Origin: a virus
Lineage: Duplodnaviria; Caudoviricetes
Length of the DNA: 59,585 nt
Strand: one strand, 5' to 3'
Virus record (IMG/VR): IMGVR_UViG_3300011409_000288
Span: 1 to 59,585 of that record
Each line of letters opens with the position of its first letter. Position 1 is the stretch's first letter. Below are positions 18,927-28,571 of this stretch, piece after piece. Made by a program: the position numbers and the translations under genes. Below the pieces are notes generated by a model. The model made no database searches. It had not been told where the DNA came from and saw only the letters and a list, made by a program, of their open reading frames with translations.

Positions 18927-20576
18927 ATGCCGACTGCCGAACCACCGATCATGACCAGTCTCATCACGTTTATGGACGCCTTCCTGGAGGGCAAACACAT
19001 CGCCGGCCTGGAGACCCCCAACCGCTGGCCGGGGGGTTGCCAGGAGGCATGGGCCGACGACCTGCGCGAGCAGTGCCGCTATGATCTGAAGGCGTTTATC
19101 CTCGCGTTCTTTCCTGATATGTGCACCGCACCGTTTACGACCATGCATGCGGCGTTTTTCGACCGGGCGAATACGATGGCCCGGGAGGGGCTGCGGGGGG
19201 TGCGCGATGTGACCGCCGCGCCACGCGGCAGCGCCAAGACGAGTACGAAGGGGAAGGCGCAACTTATCTGGGAAGGCCTCTACGGCTATGAATCGTATAT
19301 TCTGATCTGTAGTGCGACCCGCGATATGGCGCGGGATAAGACAAAGGATATTCGGGATGTCTTTGACCAGAATCTGCGGCTGATTGAGGTCTTTGGGCCG
19401 CAGCAAACCTCCACCTGGAGGCAAAACGATTTTCAACTCGCCTGCGGCTGTATCTACCGGGCGTTTACCCCGAAGACCGCCGTTCGTGGGCTCTTGCGCG
19501 ACAATAAGCGCCCGTCGAAGATTATCCCGGATGATGCGGAGGACCGGGAGACGGTCCTGACGCCACTGCGCCGGCAACGCTTCCTCGATTGGTGGAACGC
19601 CGATGTGGCGAAGCTGGGCGATAAGCAGACCAACATCGATGCGATTGGCACGGTGCTGCACCCAGAATCCCTCCTGGCGAGCCTGCTCACCAACCCTGGC
19701 TATCAGGCGCACATCTATCAGTCCGTGCAGCACTTTGCGGACACCCCGGAGGCGTGGGCGCATTGGGCCGCGTGGAGACAGATCATCCTGAACCTGGACA
19801 ATCCCAGCCGCCTGACGGATGCGCAAGCGTATTACACGACGCATGAAGCGGTCATGATGGCGAACGTGCAGGTGCTCTGGCCAGAACGCAAGAGCTACTA
19901 CGATTTGATGCTGAGCCGGATCACGGAGAGTGAGGAGGCTTTTTGGTCCGAGGAAATGAACAACCCCACCCAGGATGAATCCTATCTCTTTGACCTCAAC
20001 GAAATTGCGACGTTTACGATGGAACCCGAGGGGGTCCTGCGCCAGGACGGCCGGCTCGTGCGCTATGCCGACATGGATGCCTTCCTGGGGTTTTACGATC
20101 CTACGCCAGGCACCCAACGGGAGACGGCGGATTGGGCCGCGTGTCCCATTGTCGCGCAGGATAAGAACGGCTATCAATATGTCCTCGATGCGTATATGAG
20201 CCAGCTCGATAGTCAGGATGCGCAACTCAATGGGGTGGTCGATCTGTGCGTGCGCTGGTTGGTCCCCAAACTCGGGATTGAGAGTAATGGCTACCAGGCG
20301 AACCTGGTCGATACGCTCTATCAAAAGTTTGCGCTCCGTGGGACCTATGCCCCAACGATTGTGCCCGTGCGTCATAGTGGAGCCCGCAATAACAAAACCG
20401 TGCGGATTAGGACCCTGCAATCTCCCCTCCATAATCACTGGCTCCAGCTTGCTAGCACCTTGCCGACCCGTGCCTGGTATCAGATCTCGAACTTTACGGT
20501 GCTCACGACGCATAACGAAGACGACATTGTTGATGCAATAGCTGGGGCTCGCGCTATGTTACTGAGCGGCGGTTAA
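18927..20576 (+). CDS. terL: Terminase large subunit
   Basis: Walker A APRGSAKT, Walker B-like KIIPDDAED, IGTVLH, nuclease FYDP...GIESNGYQ...EDDIVDA. Confidence 0.93.
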   Translation: MPTAEPPIMTSLITFMDAFLEGKHIAGLETPNRWPGGCQEAWADDLREQCRYDLKAFILAFFPDMCTAPFTTMHAAFFDRANTMAREGLRGVRDVTAAPRGSAKTSTKGKAQLIWEGLYGYESYILICSATRDMARDKTKDIRDVFDQNLRLIEVFGPQQTSTWRQNDFQLACGCIYRAFTPKTAVRGLLRDNKRPSKIIPDDAEDRETVLTPLRRQRFLDWWNADVAKLGDKQTNIDAIGTVLHPESLLASLLTNPGYQAHIYQSVQHFADTPEAWAHWAAWRQIILNLDNPSRLTDAQAYYTTHEAVMMANVQVLWPERKSYYDLMLSRITESEEAFWSEEMNNPTQDESYLFDLNEIATFTMEPEGVLRQDGRLVRYADMDAFLGFYDPTPGTQRETADWAACPIVAQDKNGYQYVLDAYMSQLDSQDAQLNGVVDLCVRWLVPKLGIESNGYQANLVDTLYQKFALRGTYAPTIVPVRHSGARNNKTVRIRTLQSPLHNHWLQLASTLPTRAWYQISNFTVLTTHNEDDIVDAIAGARAMLLSGG

Positions 20577-21190
20577 AGGAGCGGCAACACAATCTGAGTA
20601 GCGCATGGAGGAGGATTGCGGTGTTTCTTCGCGTTGCAAGATCGACAGGCCGGGACGATGTTTGAGGCTGTATGGCCACCGCCCTTGGAAATTGGCACAA
20701 CGTGGTCTTTCGTGAGGCGTCGAGGCTTCCGATGACAGTAGGCACACCGATAATGGTAGGCTGCTTGAATCATGCGCCACTGCCGAGGCGTGAGGTCAAT
20801 CTTGGGCGCGTTGTTGATCCGGGCGCGGCGAATTTCATTGCGTGCAATGAAGGCGGCTTTGTTTGCACGGTAATACCCGGGCATATACGCACGCGCCAGG
20901 GCAATCTTGCGTTCAGCGTGGAGTGCCCAATAGGACTTCGCATACGCCGCACTGTGCTCGGTATGGGCGGCATGCCAGGCGTCCATATACGCTTTCACGT
21001 GTGCGACATTCTCGGCACGCCACTGCTGGCAGTACGCATGGCGTTCGTCTTTGTGCGCTGCGTAATAGTCCACAAACGCGGTGGGATACGCGGCACGCCA
21101 GGCCGCCCCATATGCTAAGCGACGTTCTCTGCGGTGCTGTGCGACTATCTTGGCGCATTCGTCGGGATCTTGCAGATTGATACGAATCAT
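20573..21190 (-). CDS. HNH endonuclease
   Basis: CAYC...TKDHVVPISKGGGHTASNIVPACRSCNAKK. Confidence 0.9.
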   Translation of the reverse strand: MIRINLQDPDECAKIVAQHRRERRLAYGAAWRAAYPTAFVDYYAAHKDERHAYCQQWRAENVAHVKAYMDAWHAAHTEHSAAYAKSYWALHAERKIALARAYMPGYYRANKAAFIARNEIRRARINNAPKIDLTPRQWRMIQAAYHYRCAYCHRKPRRLTKDHVVPISKGGGHTASNIVPACRSCNAKKHRNPPPCATQIVLPLL

Positions 21191-21322
21191 GTAGTCTCGC
21201 TCCTTGGTCAGGCGAGGGATGGTCGTCTTGGCTGAAGGAGTACGGCAACGTGCCAAGTCACGCTGTCCTCAGAGACCGTCGCCTCCAAGTAAGCCGCACA
21301 AGGAGTATACACCTTTCCCTTG

Positions 21323-21547
21323 TTACCGTCCACGCACGGCCTCCTCCCGTGCCAGAGAGGCTTCCACTGCTCGCGCTGCGGCTTCCCAGGCTGCCTGCAC
21401 GCCTGGGACCTGACGGTGCCAGGCATAGGCGTTGACGTCCCCGTAATGGTCGTCGCCAGGGGAACGCTGGTGCCACTGCGCATACGTGATCGCGTAGGCG
21501 TGCTGGTAGGCGTCATACGCTACCTGGCCTGGGGTGGGGTCGCTCAT
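21323..21547 (-). CDS. Small phage protein
   Basis: TPGQVAYDAY...QAAWEAAARAV; GGAGG RBS. Confidence 0.6.
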   Translation of the reverse strand: MSDPTPGQVAYDAYQHAYAITYAQWHQRSPGDDHYGDVNAYAWHRQVPGVQAAWEAAARAVEASLAREEAVRGR

Positions 21548-21783
21548 CGGGTGTCCTCCTTCTGTTCCTGCTGCTGCGCGTCTAGATAGGCTTCCACTGC
21601 TCGCACAAAGCCTGATCGCACCGGCTGCAATGCCTCCTCGACCGTCTGCCCATGGTTCAGTCGCCAGGCTATCGTGGACGGGGCCATCCCGACCAGCCTG
21701 GCCCAGGTCGCTAAGGGGTGGGTGACACCATCGAGGGTCAGGAGGCGTCTGGGTTTGGGTGTGCCTGGGGCTCCGCGCATCAT
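21544..21783 (-). CDS. Small HTH protein resembling homing-endonuclease C-terminal DNA-binding domains
   Basis: LTLDGVTHPLATWARLVGM...TIAWRLNHG.TVEEAL. Confidence 0.6.
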   Translation of the reverse strand: MMRGAPGTPKPRRLLTLDGVTHPLATWARLVGMAPSTIAWRLNHGQTVEEALQPVRSGFVRAVEAYLDAQQQEQKEDTR

Positions 21784-22030
21784 GCCTCCTGCTTCTGCAT
21801 CGCCGCCAGGACGAGTTCACACAGTGCCCGGCGCAGTGCGGCAGCGTCAACACCGTCGTAGAGCCACTGCAACGCGAGCGTCATACACACGGTCCAGTCG
21901 TCGGTCGGTCGGGGGAGGGGCCCCACCTGCGTGCGGTTCCGTGGAGGATGCCAGAGGTCCTGTCCATGGAAGGGGCCGACGTGGGTATAGCCCTGCGCTA
22001 GCGCGAGGGCGGTACACAGTTCGGTGTCGG

Positions 22031-22684
22031 TCATGCTCGTGATCGGGGTGTCTGTGGGCATGGGGCCTCCATGGGGGATATCCACCGAAAGGTCAGGTTG
22101 ATGCGTGGTGCCTGACAGGTGCGGTCTGCGGGCAGACTATGCAGCCAGTGCGTCTGCGTGGTGCCGCGCATCACGAGCAGGCTCCCCGGCAGCAGGGACA
22201 GCCGGACAGGGCGAGCAGATGCCAGCCCGCGCGGCTTCAAGGCAAAGACCCGTGGGGCACCCAGACTCACACTGGCAATGACCGGGGCAGGACCAAGTTC
22301 CAGCTCGTCATCCGCATGCCAACCCACCTGGTCCCTGCCGTCGCGGTAGTAGTTGAGCAGGACGCTGTTAAAGGGAGTGCCGCACGCGGTGCCGCAGCGG
22401 TGCCGTAGATCGGCCAGCATCGGCGTCCAGGGCAGCGGGACTTCACGGATGCCACTGTACGCATAGACTGCCCCAGGGTCGCCAACCCAGGCCGTCAGGC
22501 GCGGCAAGGGCATGGTCAATCCCGCCACCCGCAGGGTGCGCTGCGACCAGGGCGTGGTTGCCAGAAGAGTGGCCAGCAGGGACGCAGCCTCCGCATGGTC
22601 GAGCCAGGCAGGATGATAGGTGATGTCGGCGTCGGGAAGCCCCAGCGCCAGCGGGGAGGAACTCAGCAACATCTGTGTACCCAT
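22031..22684 (-). CDS. alkB: AlkB-family 2OG-Fe(II) dioxygenase
   Basis: PRLTAW, FNSVLLNYYRDGRD, WHADDE, IASVSLG, WLHSLP, RINLTFR. Confidence 0.92.
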   Translation of the reverse strand: MGTQMLLSSSPLALGLPDADITYHPAWLDHAEAASLLATLLATTPWSQRTLRVAGLTMPLPRLTAWVGDPGAVYAYSGIREVPLPWTPMLADLRHRCGTACGTPFNSVLLNYYRDGRDQVGWHADDELELGPAPVIASVSLGAPRVFALKPRGLASARPVRLSLLPGSLLVMRGTTQTHWLHSLPADRTCQAPRINLTFRWISPMEAPCPQTPRSRA

Positions 22685-22809
22685 GACACCTCCTTTCTGT
22701 CCACAAGTATAGAGGAAAAGTGACACCACTTCAAGAAGAATTTCCTTGTCTTTCTTCTATGTTTCTGTGTAAAATAGTGTCATGGTGTCACTCAGACGAG
22801 AGGACCGCA

Positions 22810-23010
22810 ATGGCAACACACCAGACACGCGCAACGGGGTATGTCCCCACGGAATTATGGGCCGCATTTCGCGCCGGCTGTCTCAAGCGGCAGCGCACGG
22901 CGAGTCAGCAACTGCGGGTCTTGCTGACGCGCCAGGTTGAGGCGTGGGCACTCGATGAGTTAGGGCAGCGGGAGGCCCCCCTGCCACGAAAGGATCGGCA
23001 TGAGTCCTGA
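22810..23010 (+). CDS. Ribbon-helix-helix DNA-binding protein
   Basis: TGYVPTELWAAFRAGC...TASQQLRVLL; GAGG RBS. Confidence 0.6.
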   Translation: MATHQTRATGYVPTELWAAFRAGCLKRQRTASQQLRVLLTRQVEAWALDELGQREAPLPRKDRHES

Positions 23011-23791
23011 CCCATGGTTTCACCTTGCCCGGCCCGACGGCTGGGATTTTTTCACCGGGTATACCATCAATTACCGGGACGCGCTGGGTAGCGTCGTGAC
23101 CTGTCCCGATTACACCCGAGCGCACTCCTGTGGAGGTGGCATTCACGTGACGCAGCGCCCGAACGCCTGCAACGTAGGCGCGAGCTTCCCCTGTAGTGCG
23201 TACCTGGTGGAGCCCGTTGTAGGGCTCGTGCGCATCGACGCCACGAAGAGTAAGGCGCGGGCCATCCGTGTTGTGGCAGAAATCACCGATCTGGATACGT
23301 TCTTCGGCTGGGACTATACCGGGCTGTGTGCGTTCCTCCCCACCATCCCGCAGATCCGCTGGTTGCAGCCCGATGGTGATCCAGACCCTACCTGGCATCT
23401 CACGCGCCGTGCGACATGGAGGGAGGCATGGGCGGCGTCGGGCGCGGCAGCGGGGTCGCCTGGGACGACCTGGAGGAAGGCGTGGGCGTCGGTCGAGGGT
23501 GCGGGCAGGGAGGCCATGTGCGCAGCGGCGGTGTGTGCAGCGAGAACGGCGGCGTGGGTGGCGGTGAGAGGTGTGGGCGTAGATGCTGCTGGTGGGAGCT
23601 GGAATGTGCGTGGCGCGGCAGGCTATGCGGCGGCGGGCATGGCGCTACGGTACCCCTGTGCCGGCCTACCGAGGCCCACTGCACATGTCGAACCTCTCCT
23701 GGCGCAGTGGACGGTCTGGCAGAAAGGCTATGCCCTCTACGGTGAGGTGCATGGCATCCTCCATGTGTATGCACAGAAAGGCACGGTATGA
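23000..23791 (+). CDS. Hypothetical phage protein with Ala/Trp-rich repeats
   Basis: CGGGIHV...KSKARAIRVVAE, then AW/AA-rich region. Confidence 0.65.
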   Translation: MSPDPWFHLARPDGWDFFTGYTINYRDALGSVVTCPDYTRAHSCGGGIHVTQRPNACNVGASFPCSAYLVEPVVGLVRIDATKSKARAIRVVAEITDLDTFFGWDYTGLCAFLPTIPQIRWLQPDGDPDPTWHLTRRATWREAWAASGAAAGSPGTTWRKAWASVEGAGREAMCAAAVCAARTAAWVAVRGVGVDAAGGSWNVRGAAGYAAAGMALRYPCAGLPRPTAHVEPLLAQWTVWQKGYALYGEVHGILHVYAQKGTV

Positions 23792-24165
23792 GTCCTGAAC
23801 AACAGATGGTGATGGCCTTCCATCAAATGTGTGGGCAGACGGTACAGCCGTGGCCCATGGTGGCAACGAGTGACGACCGCGATTTGCGCATTGCGCTCGT
23901 GCAGGAGGAATGTGGCGAACTGGAAGAGGCGCTCTCTGTCGGGGACCTGACAGGGATCGCACAGGAATTGGCAGATGTGCTGTATGTTGTGTACGGCACC
24001 GCTGTCACCTATGGGATTAACCTGGCCCCGGTCTTTGCGGAAGTCCACCGTGCCAACATGTCGAAACGCGAGGGGACCCGTCGCCCCGATGGCAAGTGGG
24101 TGAAAGGGACGTATCGCCCTGCCCAGATTGGCCCTCTCCTTGCGGCCCAGCGAGGTGCGCCATGA
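23788..24165 (+). CDS. MazG-like/PRA-PH nucleotide pyrophosphohydrolase
   Basis: LVQEECGEL, QELADVLYVVYG, VHRANMSK, RPDGKWVKG. Confidence 0.88.
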   Translation: MSPEQQMVMAFHQMCGQTVQPWPMVATSDDRDLRIALVQEECGELEEALSVGDLTGIAQELADVLYVVYGTAVTYGINLAPVFAEVHRANMSKREGTRRPDGKWVKGTYRPAQIGPLLAAQRGAP

Positions 24166-24455
24166 GCCAGGGACGCCACACACAGATTGTCATTATGCTG
24201 ACGCCCGCCGAACGGGCCACCCTCGAAGGCTGGCAACGTGCCTTCCTGCGTCCTACAGGGGAAGTGCGGCGGGGACGGATTATTCTCCTCGTTGCCTCGG
24301 GGATGCCGCTGCGGCAAGTGGCCGAGCGCGTCGGGATCAGTCGCAGGTTTGTCTATAAATGGGTGCGGCGGTTTGTGGCCCAGGGGATTCCCGGCCTGGC
24401 CGACACCCGCGCCGGTCGCTCTGGACGTCGGAAGCAGTCAGGAGTACAGGCATGA
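24162..24455 (+). CDS. Stand-alone IS630-like HTH protein (no DDE domain)
   Basis: RRGRIILLVASG...VAERVGISRRFVYKWVRRF...GL. Confidence 0.75.
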   Translation: MSQGRHTQIVIMLTPAERATLEGWQRAFLRPTGEVRRGRIILLVASGMPLRQVAERVGISRRFVYKWVRRFVAQGIPGLADTRAGRSGRRKQSGVQA

Positions 24456-24955
24456 GCGGGTCACTCACCAAAGCCGATTATCCGGCCAACTGGCCGGCGC
24501 TGCGTATAGAGGTCTTACGTCTGGCAGATCATCGATGCCAATGTACGGGGGAGTGTGGCAGTGATCATGCGGTCTGGGGCATCCCTGGCCACCGCTGCGA
24601 CATCCCCAATCATGCCCGCATTGTACGCGATCCCGTCACCCCTGCCCTCTGGTGGCACGAAGCGGACGCGCCCAGGCATCCCCAAGTTGATGCCTGGAAG
24701 GTCGTGCGGTGCGTGCTGACGATTGCGCATCTCTGTCAGGACAGTACCTGCGACAAGCTGGCATGCCTCCGCGCCTTCTGCCAGCGTTGTCACCTGACCT
24801 ATGATGCCAAACAGCATGCAGCCAATGGCGCGAAGACCAGGCGCGCCCTCCAGGAAGCTGCTAGACAGCTTACGCTGCTGCCTGGCTCAGGGGAGTCGGT
24901 GACATCTGTTCTTTCTCACCTGCAAGGTGGCGCGCACGTGCCCCTTTTAGAGTGA
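24452..24955 (+). CDS. HNH-like zinc-binding phage protein
   Basis: YPANW, CQCTGECG, VLTIAHL, LRAFCQRCHLTYD. Confidence 0.75.
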   Translation: MSGSLTKADYPANWPALRIEVLRLADHRCQCTGECGSDHAVWGIPGHRCDIPNHARIVRDPVTPALWWHEADAPRHPQVDAWKVVRCVLTIAHLCQDSTCDKLACLRAFCQRCHLTYDAKQHAANGAKTRRALQEAARQLTLLPGSGESVTSVLSHLQGGAHVPLLE

Positions 24956-25054
24956 ACCTGTCTGGGTCAGCTCCCCTGACCTTGCGTTCCCGTCCCAGGG
25001 AACTACCACCCCCTGGGACACACGATGCGTCACTTGTGCTCAAGGAGCCCTCAT

Positions 25055-25312
25055 ATGCCCGTTCGCAAACTCCACACCCCTGATGCTCTGCTCGCTGCCG
25101 CCAAAGAGGCGAAAGCCAAATGGTTACGCAAAGAACGCGATGCCCGAAACGCCCTGCGGGAGGCCCAAATGGGCCAGTACCTCGCCCTCGGGAAAGTAGT
25201 CGTGGATGTCGGAGGTGCGGCCCTGGATGCCGACACCCTCCGGGCCATCCTCCAGGCAGCATTAGGCCAGGGCCAAGAGGCCACTAAGACGTCAGCCGTC
25301 AGTGACTCGTAG
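25055..25312 (+). CDS. Relaxosome accessory-like protein (TraD/MobC type)
   Basis: AAGGAG RBS; coiled coil then LGKVVVDVG..LD.DTLRAIL; adjacent to relaxase. Confidence 0.5.
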   Translation: MPVRKLHTPDALLAAAKEAKAKWLRKERDARNALREAQMGQYLALGKVVVDVGGAALDADTLRAILQAALGQGQEATKTSAVSDS

Positions 25313-25370
25313 GGTCACGAGGAGGAGAAGGCGCGTTATCAGGTTTCTCGAAGGAGCGCATCGAATCGGT

Positions 25371-26372
25371 ATGGCAATTACGGTGTGTGTCATGCGCAGT
25401 TACAACGTGGGAAGGACCACCGCAGCGCGGGAAGTGGTAGCCTACTACACCCGGTCGGGGGCAGAGGCACCAGAGCCATCCCTGGCGCAGATGCTTGGGG
25501 TGTCCCAGGCAACGGGCTGGCATGATGATCTCGTCCATCAGGAGGTATGCAATATGCCCTGGTGGGCGAAGGATGATGCGGGCCGGTTCTTTGCCACGGC
25601 GCAACGCCTGGAGCGCGTGAATGGACGGTGGGCGCGGTCCTGGATGATGGCGCTCCCAAGGGAATTGGACCAGGAGGCGCAGATTGCCCTGGCGAGAGAC
25701 TTTCTCGCCACCCACTTAGCGAACCTACCGTATCTCTGGGTCATGCATGATCCGGTGAATGCGCGGGGGGAGCATCAACCACATTTTCATGTCCTCTTCC
25801 ATGAGCGTCTCCTCGATGGGATTGACCGGAGTGCCGACCAGCACTTCATGCGCTGGAATGCGGCCTATCCTGATCGGGGTGGTGCCCAGAAAGACGCCTG
25901 GTTTTGTCAGCGGAGTACAGCATATGAAATCCGCGCTGCCTGGTGTGATTGGGTGAACTATAGCCTGGAGCGGGAGGGGCATGCGGAGCGCCTCCACCCG
26001 GATAGTCTCTATGCACGGGGGTTTCGTGGTCCCACAGAACCAAAGCATGTCAGCACCAGGCACCGACTGACCATTCAGGCACAGCGTGATCCGCAGGCCG
26101 AACAACGGCAGGCAGCGGAGGCGTGGGAAATACGGAAGCAGCGGGTAGGGATCGCCGACGTGCAGACCACACCACCTGCCGCCTTTCTTGAGCAGTCACG
26201 CAACCATGCGCGCCGTGAGATGCAACACCAATGGGAAGGAGGGGCACGACAAGAACCGATCTGGACACACATTCCAGGCCTGAAACGTGATGCAGACGCC
26301 CTTGGGACAGGGCTCCGCATGAAACTCTATGAAAAGGAACAGTATGAGCAAGCCGTTAGCCTCACGCCATGA
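25371..26372 (+). CDS. mobA: MobA/MobL-family (MOBQ) relaxase
   Basis: VAYYTRSG (catalytic Tyr), NMPWWA, ERVNGR, MALPREL, HDP...QPHFHVLFHER, RGGAQKD. Confidence 0.9.
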   Translation: MAITVCVMRSYNVGRTTAAREVVAYYTRSGAEAPEPSLAQMLGVSQATGWHDDLVHQEVCNMPWWAKDDAGRFFATAQRLERVNGRWARSWMMALPRELDQEAQIALARDFLATHLANLPYLWVMHDPVNARGEHQPHFHVLFHERLLDGIDRSADQHFMRWNAAYPDRGGAQKDAWFCQRSTAYEIRAAWCDWVNYSLEREGHAERLHPDSLYARGFRGPTEPKHVSTRHRLTIQAQRDPQAEQRQAAEAWEIRKQRVGIADVQTTPPAAFLEQSRNHARREMQHQWEGGARQEPIWTHIPGLKRDADALGTGLRMKLYEKEQYEQAVSLTP

Positions 26373-26530
26373 GCAGTATACGCACGTACCATCTTCTACA
26401 GAAGACACCCAGCAGCGGTTTGTCTGGGAGAAACGCTATGAGGAATTGAAAGCCAGACTTGTGGGAAACGTCGACCTGACTCCCACCGAGCAGGATGTGC
26501 AACCAGGAGACAATATGCAGGAGGAAATGG

Positions 26531-26881
26531 ATGGCCCAGGGTTCCGACCTTAGTTTGATTACCGAACCGCTTGGGTTGCTCCTCGCCGCCCAGGCCGAAC
26601 AACGTGAGATCCTCATTCACCTGGAGCAGCGCGAGGTCCCAGACATAGCAGGCATCACCCACAGGCTGGGGGAGATTGAGGATGCCCTGGTGCGATTACA
26701 GACTACGCCGTGCACCCTCCCTCCGCTCCCGTGGTGTCGCACCCTCCTGCGGATAGGGGTGTGGGTGCTGGCGGGGTACTTGCTCTGCTGGGCAACGGCA
26801 CGGTGGGTACCAACCTGGGCGCTCCCCGCTGGGTTCACCAGGCCGGCCGCATCCGTTACTACGCAGAAAGGGAAGTTCTAA
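26531..26881 (+). CDS. Small membrane protein coupled to VirD4
   Basis: Coiled coil plus one hydrophobic helix; TAATG overlap with the VirD4 start. Confidence 0.6.
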   Translation: MAQGSDLSLITEPLGLLLAAQAEQREILIHLEQREVPDIAGITHRLGEIEDALVRLQTTPCTLPPLPWCRTLLRIGVWVLAGYLLCWATARWVPTWALPAGFTRPAASVTTQKGKF

Positions 26882-28215
26882 TGCCTGGTTATATCCCACG
26901 GAAACAGGCGCGGTGGGCCACGCGGTGGGACTGCTGGCGAAGTGGCATGCTCAGTCGAAATGGTATTGTGCTCGGGAAACGCGGAGGCCGCGTCCTCTTC
27001 AGTAACCGGAAAGAGCATGCCCTGGTGGTTGCTACAACACAATCAGGGAAGACGACCTGTTTTGCGTATCCCACACTCCTCAGTTGGGAAGGTAGCGTGA
27101 TTGCCCATGATCCCAAAGAGGAAGTGTACGCGGCCACCGCACCCTGGCGACAGACGTTCTCCAAAGTGGTGCGGTTGGCCCCAACATCCTCCTGTTCGGG
27201 CCACTACAACCCGCTGGATGCCATCCGTCTCAAAACAGAGCAAGAGATGCGAGATGTTCAACTTGTGAGTCAGATGCATAACGAACCAGAAGGGGATGGA
27301 CGGGAGAAGCGGAGTGGTGCGAGTCAGCACTTTTTGGAACTCGCCAATGAGGCCCTCAGCGGGCTCATCCTCTACGGCTTGTACACGCAGCGGGCGCGGA
27401 CCCCTGCCGCCTTGGATGCGCTTATCATGCAGTATGGTTTTCGCAAGATTTTTGACCAGATGCGGACCTATCCCCATGCGGGTATCCAACGGTCGGCATC
27501 CATTGTCCTGGGAACCACCGGAAGGGATGAGAGCAGTGGTATTTTTACCACAACCACCAGGACGCTGCGGCTCTACACCGATCCCCTGGTGGCACGGATG
27601 ACCGACCAGAGTGACTTTACCTTGCGGGACCTGCGCGAGCGGGCGCGACCCATGAGCCTGTATCTGAGCATCCCCTTTGGCGACCAGGAACGGTTGCGGG
27701 TGATCAGTCGCCTGTTGCTGCGGCAACTCCTCGAATACTGTGTGTCGAAACAGGAGGGGTGGACCCATCCGATGCTCGGCATGATTGACGAAGTGCCCGG
27801 GCTCAAACGGTTAAACATCCTCACCGAAGGACTGAACTATTTTGCCGGTTCCGGTGTCCGGCTGGCGCTCATTACACCCAGCATGGAAGAACTGATGAAC
27901 ACCTATGGCCAACATCATAACTTTCTCGACGGGTGCAAGATTAACATTGTGTTCGGCATAGGGGACGCGAAGGTGGCAAAACTGTTTAGTGACCGGGTCG
28001 GCAAGCATCAAGTAACGCAGGTGCGCCACTACGGAGGGAAAACCAGCCGAGAGCGGGTGTGGGAGCCCTTGCTCTCGGAGACGGCGCTGATGAATCTGCA
28101 CGAACGGTATCAACTGGTGATCGTTGGGCGACATAAACTACTCGTCCAGAAAGCGTATTACAAAGATCACGCCCTGTGGAGGGCAAGGAGTGCATCATGT
28201 GGGATATCGTCATAG
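26881..28215 (+). CDS. virD4: Type IV coupling protein VirD4/TraG
   Basis: HALVVATTQSGKT, PTLLSWEGSVIAHDPKEE, YNPLDAIR, SDFTLRDLR, MIDEVP. Confidence 0.9.
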   Translation: MPGYIPRKQARWATRWDCWRSGMLSRNGIVLGKRGGRVLFSNRKEHALVVATTQSGKTTCFAYPTLLSWEGSVIAHDPKEEVYAATAPWRQTFSKVVRLAPTSSCSGHYNPLDAIRLKTEQEMRDVQLVSQMHNEPEGDGREKRSGASQHFLELANEALSGLILYGLYTQRARTPAALDALIMQYGFRKIFDQMRTYPHAGIQRSASIVLGTTGRDESSGIFTTTTRTLRLYTDPLVARMTDQSDFTLRDLRERARPMSLYLSIPFGDQERLRVISRLLLRQLLEYCVSKQEGWTHPMLGMIDEVPGLKRLNILTEGLNYFAGSGVRLALITPSMEELMNTYGQHHNFLDGCKINIVFGIGDAKVAKLFSDRVGKHQVTQVRHYGGKTSRERVWEPLLSETALMNLHERYQLVIVGRHKLLVQKAYYKDHALWRARSASCGISS

Positions 28216-28571
28216 CAAGCACAGGTGGTGGGACAGGGATTGAACCCGCGATGACCTTTATTGTACAGATGGTCCTTGCAGTGGCAGGTGGACTCATTGT
28301 TGCAGCCATCGCCTATCGTGGGATTCAAGTTGCCTGGGGGCAACGCGAAGACCTGGGCCATTGGCTCACCAATCTGGCCATCGGAGGGGGATTCATTGGC
28401 GGCAGTAAAATCATCGGAGCAGGCATTGTGGGGTTTGCGGTAGGCATGCCGCTTCAGGCGATGGCGCACACGCCGGCGCTAGCGGGGTTCCTCCTTGGGG
28501 ACCTCTTGTATTATGGCATAACCATTGGGGCAGGGATGTGGACATGGAGGAAGATGCATCGTGGAGCATGA
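28197..28571 (+). CDS. VirB2/TrbC-like pilin
   Basis: Small, Gly-rich hydrophobic helices; position directly before VirB3/VirB4. Confidence 0.55.
   Translation: MWDIVIASTGGGTGIEPAMTFIVQMVLAVAGGLIVAAIAYRGIQVAWGQREDLGHWLTNLAIGGGFIGGSKIIGAGIVGFAVGMPLQAMAHTPALAGFLLGDLLYYGITIGAGMWTWRKMHRGA

Noticed and set aside
18876-20513. 545-aa antisense ORF over TerL
   Set aside because: No motifs; typical antisense shadow in GC-rich coding DNA
24162-24455. IS630 insertion sequence
   Set aside because: HTH only; no DDE domain or terminal repeats; translationally coupled to its neighbours
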